A DNA stretch of 35,235 nt, taken from contig CAZMMZ010000001.1 in the NCBI GenBank assembly GCA_964567575.1, positions 1-35,235 of the forward strand, in the 5' to 3' direction. A program made the position numbers and the translations under genes. The notes below the pieces were generated by a model, which was not told the DNA's origin, did not search any database, and was given only the letters and a program-made list of their open reading frames with translations. Shown in pieces: positions 35,185 through 35,235 of the stretch. Position 1 is the stretch's first letter, and every line of letters starts with the position of its first letter. This DNA is from Candidatus Undinarchaeota archaeon. Lineage in GTDB: Archaea; Undinarchaeota; Undinarchaeia; Undinarchaeales; UBA543.

Positions 35185-35235
35185 GAGAATAATTTATAAA
35201 TAAAAAAGACTAATAAAATTAGATATGGAGATCAA

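Noticed and set aside
35225-35235. Possible start of a divergent gene (ATG GAG ATC AA) about 25 nt after TTTATAAA
   Set aside because: Only three full codons are visible, so it cannot be supported from this window.
1-35235. CRISPR arrays, IS elements, integrases, tRNA and rRNA genes
   Set aside because: No regularly spaced repeats, transposase or recombinase motifs, cloverleaf signatures or rRNA-like tracts were seen by eye. A tRNAscan/Infernal run would be the definitive test.

Overview
A gene-dense, AT-rich archaeal chromosomal window with no tRNA, rRNA, CRISPR array or recognisable mobile element. Archaeal origin is supported by AglB, type-II GAPDH, archaeal TPI, aEF-1beta, FEN1 with a PIP box, CarS, a Methanococcales/Thermococcales-type S-layer protein and TATA boxes about 25-30 nt before many start codons. 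The compact layout suggests a small-genome lineage such as DPANN, but this is inference only. Left arm: a glycosylation locus with an HddA-like heptose kinase, a single ORF fusing an HddC-like sugar-phosphate nucleotidyltransferase to a B12-binding radical SAM enzyme, a flippase-like protein and two tandem AglB oligosaccharyltransferases. Middle: truD, pth2, a fused transketolase, a PLP aminotransferase, tpi-pgk-gap, Zn-ribbon/EF-1beta, a prolidase, a DUF89 phosphatase, DUF371 and fen1, interspersed with orphan genes. Right arm: carS, trm5, the S-layer gene and other surface proteins, thioredoxin, a PRC-barrel protein, an RHH-HD-kinase operon and a frameshifted FcoT-like thioesterase. Four ORFs absent from the supplied track were found by hand: the partial kinase at 1..949, the Zn-ribbon at 17226..17387, a Cys-rich 47-aa ORF at 17809..17952 and an RHH protein at 34234..34407. 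The most notable observations are the nucleotidyltransferase/B12-radical SAM fusion inside an apparent heptose/S-layer N-glycosylation locus, a candidate ~100-nt structured RNA with its own promoter at about 34529..34634, the FcoT homologue split at a T7 run, and a divergent Bud32/RIO-like kinase. All family assignments come from motif recognition by eye; no database searches were run.
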